Shown here: in pieces, positions 49,095-58,719 of the stretch | Layout of the letters: every line of letters begins with the position of its first letter | Position numbering within the stretch: the first letter of the stretch is position 1 | Origin: an uncultured delta proteobacterium | Lineage (GTDB): Bacteria; Desulfobacterota; Binatia; JACPRU01 | Direction of reading: 5' to 3' | NCBI GenBank assembly: GCA_963745025.1 | Contig: CAVUWD010000007.1 | Coordinates: forward strand, 1-64,000 | DNA: 64,000 nucleotides | Notes under the pieces: model-generated | Told to the model about the DNA's origin: nothing | The model's input: the letters and a program-made list of their open reading frames with translations, nothing else | The model's database searches: none | Program-made: the position numbers and the translations under genes

Positions 49095-50608
49095 TGGGTG
49101 CACGCACGGGAAAACAGTTCCTCGCAGGTCTCCGCAAACCGCGCGAGATCTGGGTGGGCGAAGACAAGGTGGACGACGTCGTGTCGCATCCGGCATTCGC
49201 CGGCGCGGCACAGACGCTGGCGCGAGATCTTCGATCTGCAGCACGAAGCCGCCGACGTCTGTCTGATGCCGGATCCCGAGACCGGCGAGCCGATCAACGT
49301 GAGCCACATGATCCCGCGCTCGCGAGCCGACCTCGATCGCCGTCATGCCTGTCTGCAGACGATCGCCGAGTACACGGTCGGTCTGATGGGCCGCTCACCG
49401 GACTACATGAACGTCACGTTCGCCGGCTTCGCCGGGCGCGCCGACGAGTGGGCCGGCGACGGCAACGAGGCGCGGCGCCGCGAACCTGGTCGCCTATCAG
49501 AAGCACCTCGCGCCGCGACGACATCTCGCTCACCCACACGATCGTCCATCCGACCATCGACAAGGCCACGGGCGACGCGCCCGCGCCGGCGGAACGACGT
49601 CGCGCTCCACAAGGTGGGCGACACCGAGCACGGCATCGTCGTGCGCGGCGCGCGCGATCCTGGCGACGCTCGCGCCGTTCGCCGACGAGCTCGCCGTCTA
49701 TCCCGCGCATCCACTGCCGGAAGGTGCCGACGACTACGCGCTGTCGTTCTGCGATCCCGATGGGAACGCCGGGGCTCAAGTTCCTCTGCCGCGACAGCTG
49801 TCGCGCGCCCGCCGAATCTCTTCGACCATCCGTTGTCGAGCCGCTTCGACGAGCAGGACGCGTTCGTGATCTTCGACGACGTCGAGGTGCCGCGCGATCG
49901 GCTCTTCATCGACGGCAACCTCGACGTCTACAACCGGGTGATGACGACGGGCTGGTACCCGAACATCATGCAGCAGACGATGATCCGGGCGCAGACCAAG
50001 CTCGAGTTCGCCTACGGGCTCGGCACGCGAATGGCCGAGGCGATCAACGACACGCTCGCCGGCGACCAAGCAGATGCTCGGCGAGATCTGGACGTACGCG
50101 GAGTTCGCCCGGGCGGCGATTCACAGCGCGGAGACCGAAGCCTTCGAGTACGGCAACGGCGTGTGGTTCCCGAACGGCGGCCCGCTCGCGGCGCTGCGCG
50201 CCGCGCTGCCGAGCTGGTTCCCGCGCGTCGAACGAGATCCTCACGCTGATCGGCTCGCACAATCTGCTCGCAACACCGAGCCAGGCGCAGCTCCGCGATC
50301 CGAAGCTCCGCCCGCTCATCGACCGCTACTTGCGCGGCGCGAACCAGACGTCCGCCGAGGAACGGGCGCGCGTCTTCCGCCTCGCCTGGGACTTCGTCGG
50401 CAGCGCACTCGCCAGCCGAAACGAGCTGTACGAGCGCTTCTACCTCGCCTCTGGCGCGCGCAACTACGCGATCGCCAACTCGATCGCCGACAAGGGCCGG
50501 GCGCTGCGGCTGGTCGACGGCATCCTGGGCAACAAAGTCGCGCCCGCGGAGAGCCCATCCTCGGCAGGCGGTCAGAAGATCAACTTGATCCTGGAGGGCA
50601 GCAGATGA
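49094..50608 (+). CDS. HpaB-family flavin-dependent aromatic monooxygenase (oxygenase component), with about nine apparent +1 frameshifts
   Basis: ARTGKQFLAGL, GLMGRSPDYMN, HTIVHP, GIVVRGAR.LATL.PFADEL, DHPLSSRFDEQDA.VIFDDV.VP and RLAWD..GS...SRNELYERFY are spread over three frames. Confidence 0.85.
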   Translation: MGARTGKQFLAGLRKPREIWVGEDKVDDVVSHPAFAGAAQTLARDLRSAARSRRRLSDAGSRDRRADQREPHDPALASRPRSPSCLSADDRRVHGRSDGPLTGLHERHVRRLRRARRRVGRRRQRGAAPRTWSPIRSTSRRDDISLTHTIVHPTIDKATGDAPAPAERRRAPQGGRHRARHRRARRARSWRRSRRSPTSSPSIPRIHCRKVPTTTRCRSAIPMGTPGLKFLCRDSCRAPAESLRPSVVEPLRRAGRVRDLRRRRGAARSALHRRQPRRLQPGDDDGLVPEHHAADDDPGADQARVRLRARHANGRGDQRHARRRPSRCSARSGRTRSSPGRRFTARRPKPSSTATACGSRTAARSRRCAPRCRAGSRASNEILTLIGSHNLLATPSQAQLRDPKLRPLIDRYLRGANQTSAEERARVFRLAWDFVGSALASRNELYERFYLASGARNYAIANSIADKGRALRLVDGILGNKVAPAESPSSAGGQKINLILEGSR

Positions 50609-52059
50609 ACGTCGCACACGTTGCAGGCGTCGAGATATCGACCGCGCATTTCGTCGGCGGCAAGCGGCTCGCATCGAAGCGCACGTTCGCGGTCCACTCG
50701 CCGATCGACGGCAGCCATCTCGCCGACGTCGCCGCCGGCGGCGCAGAGGAGATCGACGCCGCGGTCGCGGCCGCGCGCGCGGCGTTTCCCGCGTGGGCGG
50801 CGCTCGGACCGGAAGGGCGCCATCCGATTCTCAAGCGCTTCGCGCAAACGATTCGCGACCGCCTGCCCGAGATCGCCGCCGTCGAGACCGCCGACAACGG
50901 CTCGCTCTTGATCGGCAACCTCGCGCGCGTCGTGCCGCGCGCCGCGCTGAACATCGAGTTCTTCGCCGACTGGGCGCTGAAGCTCGGCAAAGAGACGATC
51001 GACTCGCCCGAAGTCGTCAATCACGTGCGCTTCGATCCGTCGGGCGTCGCCGCGCTCATCACGCCGTGGAACGCGCCCTTCATGCTGACGACGTGGAAGG
51101 TCGGGCCGTGCCTGGCCGCCGGCAATACGGTCGTGGTCAAGCCGCCCGAGTGGGCGCCGCTCACCTGCTCGCTGATGGCGGACATCGCCGCCCAAGCGGG
51201 CGTGCCGCCCGGCGTGCTGAACGTCGTGCAGGGCATCGGCGAGGAGGCGGGGGCGGCGCTGGTCGCGCATCCCGACATCGATCGGCTGAGCTTCACCGGC
51301 TCGACCGACACGGCGAAGCTGATCGGCCAGGCGACCGCGCGCTCGCTCACCCCGGTCAGCTTCGAGCTCGGCGGCAAGTCCGCCTACATCGTCTGCGCCG
51401 ACGCGGATCTCGACGCCGCGGCGCAGACGGCGGCCGCACAGTACCTGAACGCGGGCCAGGTGTGCCTGGCCGGCACGCGGGTCCTGGTCGACGCCAGCGT
51501 CGCCGGCGAGTTCCAGGCCAAGCTCCGCGCCGCCGCCGCCCACATGACGGTCGGCGACCCGCGCGAGAAGACGACGCGCGTCGGCCCGCTGATCACCCGC
51601 GAGCACTTCGAGCGCGTGGAGGGATTCGTCGAGCGCGCGTTGGCGGCGGGGGTGAAGCCGCTCTGGGGCGGCCATCGCCACAAAGCCGGCGAGCTCTACT
51701 TCGAGCCGACGCTGCTCGAGGGCGCCCGCCAGGAAATGGAGATCGTTCAGCGCGAGGTGTTCGGCCCGGTGCTGACGTGGCAGACGTTCCGGGATGAAGA
51801 GGAGCTCGTGCGCCTCGCCAACGGGACGCGCTACGGGCTCGCCGCGATGATCTTCAGCAAGAACGAGGAGCGCGCCATGCGCATCGCCGGCCGCGTCGTG
51901 GCGGGAACGGTGTGGGTGAACTGCTTCTTCGTGCGCGAACTCGCGGCGCCGTTCGGCGGCAGCCGCGATTCGGGGATCGGGCGCGAGGGCGGCACGTGGA
52001 GCTTCGACTTCTTCTGCGACGTGAAGAACATCGCCGCGCGGAAGGGATCATTCGCCTAG
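50605..52059 (+). CDS. Muconate-semialdehyde-type aldehyde dehydrogenase (HpaE/XylG-like)
   Basis: ITPWNAPFML.TWKVGP.LAAGNTVVVKPPEW, FELGGKS, NAGQVCLAG, VWVNCFFVREL..PFGG..SGIGREGG..SFDFF. Confidence 0.9.
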   Translation: MNVAHVAGVEISTAHFVGGKRLASKRTFAVHSPIDGSHLADVAAGGAEEIDAAVAAARAAFPAWAALGPEGRHPILKRFAQTIRDRLPEIAAVETADNGSLLIGNLARVVPRAALNIEFFADWALKLGKETIDSPEVVNHVRFDPSGVAALITPWNAPFMLTTWKVGPCLAAGNTVVVKPPEWAPLTCSLMADIAAQAGVPPGVLNVVQGIGEEAGAALVAHPDIDRLSFTGSTDTAKLIGQATARSLTPVSFELGGKSAYIVCADADLDAAAQTAAAQYLNAGQVCLAGTRVLVDASVAGEFQAKLRAAAAHMTVGDPREKTTRVGPLITREHFERVEGFVERALAAGVKPLWGGHRHKAGELYFEPTLLEGARQEMEIVQREVFGPVLTWQTFRDEEELVRLANGTRYGLAAMIFSKNEERAMRIAGRVVAGTVWVNCFFVRELAAPFGGSRDSGIGREGGTWSFDFFCDVKNIAARKGSFA

Positions 52060-52076
52060 GAGAAGGGAGAACGACG

Positions 52077-52928
52077 ATGAGCGTGCTCGACGGACCGCGA
52101 GAGGAATGGCGCCGCATCCTGCACGAGGGGCAGCCGAAGTGGGTGCGGCCGGCCGAAGAGAAACTTCTGCTCGCCGACGGCAGAGTCATCGCGGAAGCCG
52201 ACGCCGTCTACCTGCCGCCCTGCGATCCCGCCAAGATCCTCTGCATCCATCTGAACTATGAATCGCGGCGCGCGGAGTTCCGGGCGCCGCAGCTCGAGAC
52301 GCCCACCTATTTCCAAAAGCCGACGACCGCGCTGAACAGCCACCGCGGCACGCTGCTCCGCCCCGCCGGTGACAGGTATCTCAACTACGAGGGCGAGATC
52401 GCGGTGATCATCGGCAAGCCGATGCGCAACGTCGGCCGCGAGGAGGCGTGGAACTATATCGCCGGCTTCGCGCCGGCCAACGACGTCGGCTGCCAGGATT
52501 ACCGCGAGACCGACGCGGGCTCGATGCTGCGCGTCAAGGGGCAGGACGGGTTCTGTCCGATCGGCCCGGGGATCGTCCGCGGCGTCGACGTGCGAAAATC
52601 GACCGTCCGAACGTACATCAACGGCAACGTCGTGCAGGATGGGGCGGTCGCCGAGATGCTCTTCCCGATCGACTACATCCTCGCCGACCTCTGCCGCTTC
52701 ATCACGCTGCTGCCGGGCGACGTCATCCTTTCCGGAACGCCGAAGAACTCGCGCCCCATGAACGTCGGCGATCTCGTCGAAGTCGAGGTCACCGCGCTCG
52801 GGCGATTGTCGAATCGGGTGGCCGAGGCCCCACCCCCCGCGCATCGAATCGGCCACCAGCCGACGGATTCGGACGCGGTTCGCCGCGTCGCGCTCGGGTC
52901 GGACTTCTTCAAGAAAGACGCGCGATGA
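52077..52928 (+). CDS. Fumarylacetoacetate hydrolase family protein (HpaG-like)
   Basis: KILCIHLNY, YFQKP, YEGEIAV.IG, ANDVG..D, KGQDGFCPIGP, LLPGDVILSGTP. Confidence 0.92.
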   Translation: MSVLDGPREEWRRILHEGQPKWVRPAEEKLLLADGRVIAEADAVYLPPCDPAKILCIHLNYESRRAEFRAPQLETPTYFQKPTTALNSHRGTLLRPAGDRYLNYEGEIAVIIGKPMRNVGREEAWNYIAGFAPANDVGCQDYRETDAGSMLRVKGQDGFCPIGPGIVRGVDVRKSTVRTYINGNVVQDGAVAEMLFPIDYILADLCRFITLLPGDVILSGTPKNSRPMNVGDLVEVEVTALGRLSNRVAEAPPPAHRIGHQPTDSDAVRRVALGSDFFKKDAR

Positions 52929-54466
52929 ACGGCGCCGAGAGCCTCATTCGAACCGCGCTCGCCGCCGGCATGGAGGTCTGCTTCGCCAATCCCGGCACGA
53001 CGGAGATGCCGCTGGTGGTGGCGTTCGACGCCGTAACCGGCATGCGGTCGGTGCTGGGCCTCTTCGAAGGCGTCTGTACGGGTGCCGCCGATGGCTACGC
53101 GCGCATGACCGGAAAGCCGGCGATGACGCTGCTCCACCTCGGCCCCGGGCTCGCCAACGGCCTGGCGAACCTGCACAACGCACGGCGTGCGCGCTCGCCG
53201 GTCGTGAACGTCGTCGGCGATCACGCGACGTGGCACGTCGCCGCGGACGCGCCGCTGACGAGCGACATCGCTTCGCTGGCATCGCCCGTGTCGGGGTGGT
53301 TGCGCTCGGCGAAGTCCGCGGCGGCGCTCGGCGACGACATGGCCGAGGCGGTCGCCGCGTCGCTCACGCCGCCGGGACAGGTCGCGACGTTGATCGTCCC
53401 GGCCGACTGCCAGTGGAACGACGCCGTCGCGGTCGGCAAACCGATCCGCGTCGCCAAACGAGCGCCGGTCTCGGGCGGCACGGTCGACGGCGTCGCCGAG
53501 CGCCTGCGCTCCGCAAGGCGGGCGACGATCTTCCTCGGCGGCGAAGCGCTCGGCGAGCGCGGCCTGAACGCCGCCGCGCGTATCGCCGCGGCCTCCGGCC
53601 CGCGGCTGATGACGGAGACTTTCGTGGCGCGGATGGAGCGCGGCGTGGGAGTCCCGCCGGCGACCCGCCTGCCCTACTTCCCCGACCAAGCCATCGATGC
53701 GCTCGCGGGGACCGACATCGTCATCCTCGCGGGAGCGAAGGACCCCGTCTCCTTCTTCGGCTATCCCGGGGTGCCGAGCCGGCTCGCGCCGCCAGGCGCG
53801 GACGTCGAGGTGCTCGCGCGGGTCGAAGAAGACGCGAGCGGTGCGCTCGAGGCGCTCGCCGAGGCGCTCGGCGCGCCGAAGTCGGTCGCCGCTCCGCCGA
53901 CCGAGCGTCCATCGGCACCGAGCGGCGCGCTCACGCTCGCGAGCCTCGGCGCGGCGCTCGCGGCGCTCCAGCCCGAGAACGCGATCCTCGTCGACGAGAG
54001 CGCGACCTCGGGCGGCCCCTACGGAGCGCTCGCTTCGGCGGCCAAGCGGCACACGTGTCTGATGCTCACCGGAGGAGCGATCGGCCAGGGGCTTCCGACC
54101 GCCGTGGGCGCAGCGATCGCCTGCCCGGACCGCCGGGTGATCGCCTTTCAAGCGGACGGCAGCGCGATGTACACGCTTCAATCGCTTTGGACGATGGCGC
54201 GCGAGAGCCTGAACGTCACGACGATCCTCTGCTCCAACCGCGCCTATCGAATTCTTCAGATCGAGGCCGCGCGCGCCGGCAACGTCGAGCCGGGGCCGCA
54301 CCTGCGCGGTTTAACCGGGCTCGAGCCGCCCGCTCTCGACTGGAGCGCCTTGGCGCGCGGCTTCGGCGTCGCGGCGGCGAAGGTCGGCACCGCGGACGAT
54401 CTCGTCAAGCATCTCGACCGCATGCTCCGCGAAAGCGGCCCGGGCCTCATCGAAGCGATTCTCTGA
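52925..54466 (+). CDS. Thiamine-diphosphate enzyme (acetolactate synthase large subunit / decarboxylase-like)
   Basis: FANPGTTEM, LFEGVCTGAADGYAR, LHLGPGLANG, ADGSAMY...N ThDP motif. Confidence 0.9.
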   Translation: MNGAESLIRTALAAGMEVCFANPGTTEMPLVVAFDAVTGMRSVLGLFEGVCTGAADGYARMTGKPAMTLLHLGPGLANGLANLHNARRARSPVVNVVGDHATWHVAADAPLTSDIASLASPVSGWLRSAKSAAALGDDMAEAVAASLTPPGQVATLIVPADCQWNDAVAVGKPIRVAKRAPVSGGTVDGVAERLRSARRATIFLGGEALGERGLNAAARIAAASGPRLMTETFVARMERGVGVPPATRLPYFPDQAIDALAGTDIVILAGAKDPVSFFGYPGVPSRLAPPGADVEVLARVEEDASGALEALAEALGAPKSVAAPPTERPSAPSGALTLASLGAALAALQPENAILVDESATSGGPYGALASAAKRHTCLMLTGGAIGQGLPTAVGAAIACPDRRVIAFQADGSAMYTLQSLWTMARESLNVTTILCSNRAYRILQIEAARAGNVEPGPHLRGLTGLEPPALDWSALARGFGVAAAKVGTADDLVKHLDRMLRESGPGLIEAIL

Positions 54467-54494
54467 CGGCAGAACAGGAGATCGGAGGACGGCA

Positions 54495-55388
54495 ATGGCT
54501 CAGCTGACCGAGCTTGGCTACATGGGAATCGGCGTCAAGGACCTCGCCGCGTGGAAGGAGTTCGCGACCGAGGTCGTCGGATTGGAGCTCGTCGACGAGG
54601 GCGAGCGCGGTCGGTGCTACCTGCGGATGGATTATTGGCACCATCGCCTCGTCCTGCACGAGGACCGTAGCGACGACGTCCTCTATCTCGGCTGGCGCGT
54701 CGCGGGCGGCGAAGAGTTCGCCGAAATGCAACAGCAGCTGTCCGCCGCCGGCATCCGCTTCCGCGTCGGCTCGGAAGAAGAGGCCGCCGAGCGGCGGGTG
54801 CTCGAGATCCTCAAGCTCGAGGATCCCGACGGCCACCCGACCGAGATCTTCCACGGCCCGGAGGTGCAGTTTGCCAAGCCATTCCATCCGGGCCGCCGCA
54901 TGCACGGCCGCTTCAAGACCGGCGCCGGCGGGCTCGGCCACTGCATTCTTCGCCAGAAGGACATGCAGGCTGCGTACCGATTCTACCGCGCGCTCGGCAT
55001 GCGCGGCGGCGTCGAATACAAGGTCGCGATGGGACCGCGCGTGCTCACGCCGATGTTCATGCACTGCAACGAGCGGGACCACTCGGTCGCCTTCGGGATC
55101 GGCGGGCCGGAGCGCCGGATCAACCACCTCATGATCGAGGTCGACAACCTGGACGACGTCGGCCTGACACACGACTTGGTCCGAAGCCGCAACATCCCGG
55201 TGACGATCGCGCTCGGCAAACACTCGAACGATCACATGTATTCCTTCTACTTTCGAAATCCCTCCGGCTGGATCTGGGAATACGGATGGGGCGCGCGGCC
55301 GGCGACGCATCAGTCCGAATACTACGTCACCGACATCTACGGGCATGAGTTCGAAGCCGGAGGCTTCGACTTGAAGCCAGTGGGATAG
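54495..55388 (+). CDS. Type I extradiol ring-cleavage dioxygenase (BphC/NahC/HsaC-like, VOC fold)
   Basis: LGYMG, YLRMDYWHHR, GLGHC, FMHCNERDHS, INHLMIE, LGKHSND.MYSFYF.NPSGW.WEYG. Confidence 0.93.
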   Translation: MAQLTELGYMGIGVKDLAAWKEFATEVVGLELVDEGERGRCYLRMDYWHHRLVLHEDRSDDVLYLGWRVAGGEEFAEMQQQLSAAGIRFRVGSEEEAAERRVLEILKLEDPDGHPTEIFHGPEVQFAKPFHPGRRMHGRFKTGAGGLGHCILRQKDMQAAYRFYRALGMRGGVEYKVAMGPRVLTPMFMHCNERDHSVAFGIGGPERRINHLMIEVDNLDDVGLTHDLVRSRNIPVTIALGKHSNDHMYSFYFRNPSGWIWEYGWGARPATHQSEYYVTDIYGHEFEAGGFDLKPVG

Positions 55389-55439
55389 CGTCAGAAGCGC
55401 TCTTCGCTGCTCTCCCGCTGCTGCGCCGGCCGTCGCGCT

Positions 55440-55613
55440 TCACCACCCCTGCTTCGATGCCGCTTCGGTGAAGAGCAGGACGTGCGTCGGATCGTCTTCC
55501 TTCTCGTGGTCGCGGTTGCGCATGATGAGCACCTTGAGACCTCCAAGCTGGCCGCTCAGGTAGGTCTCGCCCTTGGCCGACTTTCGCTCCCACAGGCCGG
55601 TTGCCCGTAGCAT
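55440..55613 (-). CDS. Small DUF736-like hypothetical protein
   Basis: GLWERKSAKGETYLSG.LG......N......DDP.H pattern. Confidence 0.55.
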   Translation of the reverse strand: MLRATGLWERKSAKGETYLSGQLGGLKVLIMRNRDHEKEDDPTHVLLFTEAASKQGW

Positions 55614-55790
55614 CCGGGCTTCGCTGACACCGCAGACCTTACCTCGGGGAGGACAGCCCATGCTTATCGATAGGATTCTCGGGTAAGCCGATCTCCCGAG
55701 ACAAACTAGGCTCCGTACGGATCGAGGCCTAACAGATCGCCGACCCCGCTACGTGTTATCGGTGGCCGCGACGCCGCCCTGCGTTCGAGG

Positions 55791-56516
55791 CTATCTGCCG
55801 GCCGGTGAAAAATGAGCTGAGAGATCGGCATCCATCCCCATCCCGCCGTCGACCCCATCCCGGCCCAGCGTGCGGATCGTCACGCCGTCTACAGTCCGTT
55901 CGTACCGATACGCTTTCCCCCACGGGTCGTAGAAGCGCGGGTCTCCGCTGTCGGCGAGACGGCGCCAGGTCGCGACATCCGGGAAGTCACCGTGCTCCTG
56001 GCGGTACTGCTCAGCCAGAACACCTAGCGCGTTCATCTCGGAATCGAGTCTGGTGCGCAGGCGAGGATCGAACTCCGCCGGTCTGGGTAACTGCGCGATG
56101 AGCCAGGTGGCCGCGAAAATCGTCAGGGCGACGGACATCCAGGCCAGGCGGCGCTTTTCGGCCGCGGTGTGAACCACGCTGCGGTGGATGAGATACGGAC
56201 CAACGATTGGAATCAGCGCCACGAGCGAGATCAGGGTCTTGCCGGCCGCGTGGATCTCGCCGCCGATCTCGGGGACCGGTCCTCGGGCAACAAGCTCCGC
56301 TAATGCAGCCTTAGCACGATCGTACGCGAGCGCCCCGGATTGCGCCGGGTCAATCGTGCTGACCGCCGCTCGCGTAGTCATGGTGTCGGGGATTCGCCCG
56401 GAGCAGGCGGAACATAGCATGCGAACATCGGGAGTTTTTAGATCGATCGTAGCACCGCAGCGGCGGCATGCGGGGCGGGACACCCGCTCCGCTTGCGACT
56501 TGAAGGGATCATCCAT
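55791..56516 (-). CDS. Zn-ribbon + TM + GspG C-terminal (T2SSG) domain protein
   Basis: CRRCG...CSACS, two hydrophobic helices, YRQEHGDFP...DPWGKAYRY...IRTLGRDGVDGG.GMDADL. Confidence 0.75.
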   Translation of the reverse strand: MDDPFKSQAERVSRPACRRCGATIDLKTPDVRMLCSACSGRIPDTMTTRAAVSTIDPAQSGALAYDRAKAALAELVARGPVPEIGGEIHAAGKTLISLVALIPIVGPYLIHRSVVHTAAEKRRLAWMSVALTIFAATWLIAQLPRPAEFDPRLRTRLDSEMNALGVLAEQYRQEHGDFPDVATWRRLADSGDPRFYDPWGKAYRYERTVDGVTIRTLGRDGVDGGMGMDADLSAHFSPAGR

Positions 56517-56760
56517 CGGCGGACATCGTGCTACGAGGGCGGGGATTTCGCCTGCGGCTCGACGAAGGAACTCATCGGCGGCGCGAAAGGAAACCTAGTC
56601 ACGACAAAAAAATGTAGCAAGCGCGCCTCAAGAATACTATACTCAACCAAAAGTCTGCGAGATCAACTCCGATCTCGAGAAAGAACCGATCCATGACGCG
56701 GTTGAACCGAAGCCCGATTGTCTTACTGACAACTCTCGGGTTCGGCGTTGGCCTTTAAGT

Positions 56761-57222
56761 CTACGGCGTACTTACCCGACCTAACGAGTTGACCACGACT
56801 ATTTTCGACGCGGGCAGGGACGGTTGCGTGATGGTGAGCGTCTTAGACGAGCCGGACGTAAGAAAGCCTCGCCCATCAAAGGAGAAAGGTGCGTCCGAAC
56901 TGGCCACGGTGCAGTCGAAGTTGGAAAGGCTGGCTGATTGAACCACCGTTCCGCCTGCGCCTCCGCTACGAATCTGGACGAGGTTGCCGCCACTTAGCGT
57001 CACGGTGTGTTGTTGACCGCGATTGATTGCGAGCCAGCGACCGCGAAGAAGCGCGCTGCTCACGACCCGCTGACCGCTATCCAGCGAGTTCATCAAGCGA
57101 ATCTGTTGAATTGCAGGAAGACCGATCTGAACGAGGACCCCGAGGATCACGATCGTGACCATCAGTTCGATTAGACTAAATCCGGCGGCGGTTAGCCCGC
57201 CCGGGAATAGGGAGCGATTCAT
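56761..57222 (-). CDS. fimT: FimT/FimU (GspH-like) minor pilin
   Basis: Prepilin motif G|FSLIELMVTIVILGVL, R..AI, FSFDGRG, VVNSLGRV. Confidence 0.8.
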   Translation of the reverse strand: MNRSLFPGGLTAAGFSLIELMVTIVILGVLVQIGLPAIQQIRLMNSLDSGQRVVSSALLRGRWLAINRGQQHTVTLSGGNLVQIRSGGAGGTVVQSASLSNFDCTVASSDAPFSFDGRGFLTSGSSKTLTITQPSLPASKIVVVNSLGRVSTP

Positions 57223-57225
57223 CGA

Positions 57226-58692
57226 CTACCTGAGCTGCTGGAAAGATATCCTCTTGGGCGGCAGCAGTGGCAAGACGACTTCCCCCTGATCCACCGTGCT
57301 TACGTATCCCCAAGTGCCGTTACCGCCGCCGTTGAGGTTGACGTGAGGAATCCCCACGTAGGCAGAGTCAACGGTCCATGGTGTCACCGTATTGGCGACC
57401 AGTATGGAGCCGTTCAGGTTTCCGGCACCATTTCCGTTTTGAATCGCGGCGCCTACACCGACGGCATAGATCACGCCGGTATAGTTCCAATTTCCGTTGA
57501 GATTGAGCGTTCCCGTAACGGCAAGGATGCCCGCGCAAGAAGTCGACGACCCGCACTCCGAACTAGAGAGCGTAAAGTCGCCGTCTATGGATACGATCGT
57601 TGGATTCGTCGTGGTGCCGAGCGTGAATTCCGGGTCACTTGTGGATGTGAAATCGGCAAAAACCCTTATTTGCGCCATCAAGTTCTGCAGGTAGGCAACA
57701 TTCGTGAGGTTCGGACTCGTGCCCGGGAATGGAGAGGGGTCATTGCTGTAACCTGGTGAGGTGTTGTAGGGATTGGTCCCGGGGTTGTGAAGATCGTCGA
57801 TGAAGTTCTTGACGACTTGAGGTCCCCCAAGCGGGGAACCGCCCGCGGGATCACAGCTCCTGTAGTTGGAATCCGAGTAGCCGGCACCCAAGCGGCTCGA
57901 TGGAATCCCGGACCACCCATTGCTTCCGCAAATGGTGGAGGGGTCGCTGTTGCCGTGCATGACCGAATTCGCCGCAGTCGGCGAAGTGACACCAATCGCC
58001 ATGGCGCAATTACCAGTGCCCGTGTTGGTGGTGGTATATGGATTCGAGTTGTCGCCGTCGTAACAGACATCCGGTCCCGGCAAGACGAGCGTGGCCGGGA
58101 GAGGTGGTAGGTTCAGCAGCTGTGGACACAGCACGTCTGCCTGCACCGCGGCAAAACCGATGCTGTTCGGTCCCGATGCAAACGAGGTCAGGGTGAGGGC
58201 GTGGTCGGTGTCTGTAGTGCTCGTCGGTGTATCGCCAGTCGACAAGCCTAGAGTGGGGAACAGGACGGGGTTGCGACTCCCTAGGTTGTTGCTGACGAAC
58301 ACCTGATAGCTGCTCGGGGAAAGATTGGTTGTGCTGGCGACCAGGGTCGGCGACGTCGGCGACGTTGCGTTCGTGGTTCCATTCGTGCCGTTAAAAGTCG
58401 ACAGCGCACTGGGGTCGACCAGCGGACTATTCGCTGCCAGCAACGCATTGCGGCTTGCTTGGCTTTGACAATTGCCGTTCGCACGCATTTGTTCTCGAGC
58501 ATGCTCGATTCCCGCGTCGGCCGCTTCAAAAGCAAGTGTTTGAGCCTTGAACCCGGTCTCTGTGCGCGTCGAGCCGTCGCTCGAAACCAAAAGCCCGAAT
58601 CCGATCAACGTGAGAATCAGCAGCGTCACCAGCGAGATCACTAGGGCGATGCCGCTCTCTGCGCTCCGCTCCTGTCGTCTGAGTACGATCAT
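57226..58692 (-). CDS. pilX: PilX-like minor pilin with a large C-terminal Gly/Asn/Ser/Thr/Cys-rich domain
   Basis: ESG|IALVISLVTLLILTLIG lacking Glu5, AFEAADAGIEHA PilX_N motif. Confidence 0.8.
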   Translation of the reverse strand: MIVLRRQERSAESGIALVISLVTLLILTLIGFGLLVSSDGSTRTETGFKAQTLAFEAADAGIEHAREQMRANGNCQSQASRNALLAANSPLVDPSALSTFNGTNGTTNATSPTSPTLVASTTNLSPSSYQVFVSNNLGSRNPVLFPTLGLSTGDTPTSTTDTDHALTLTSFASGPNSIGFAAVQADVLCPQLLNLPPLPATLVLPGPDVCYDGDNSNPYTTTNTGTGNCAMAIGVTSPTAANSVMHGNSDPSTICGSNGWSGIPSSRLGAGYSDSNYRSCDPAGGSPLGGPQVVKNFIDDLHNPGTNPYNTSPGYSNDPSPFPGTSPNLTNVAYLQNLMAQIRVFADFTSTSDPEFTLGTTTNPTIVSIDGDFTLSSSECGSSTSCAGILAVTGTLNLNGNWNYTGVIYAVGVGAAIQNGNGAGNLNGSILVANTVTPWTVDSAYVGIPHVNLNGGGNGTWGYVSTVDQGEVVLPLLPPKRISFQQLR

Positions 58693-58719
58693 GGCCGCCT
58701 CTGTTGCTCTTGTTCTCAC

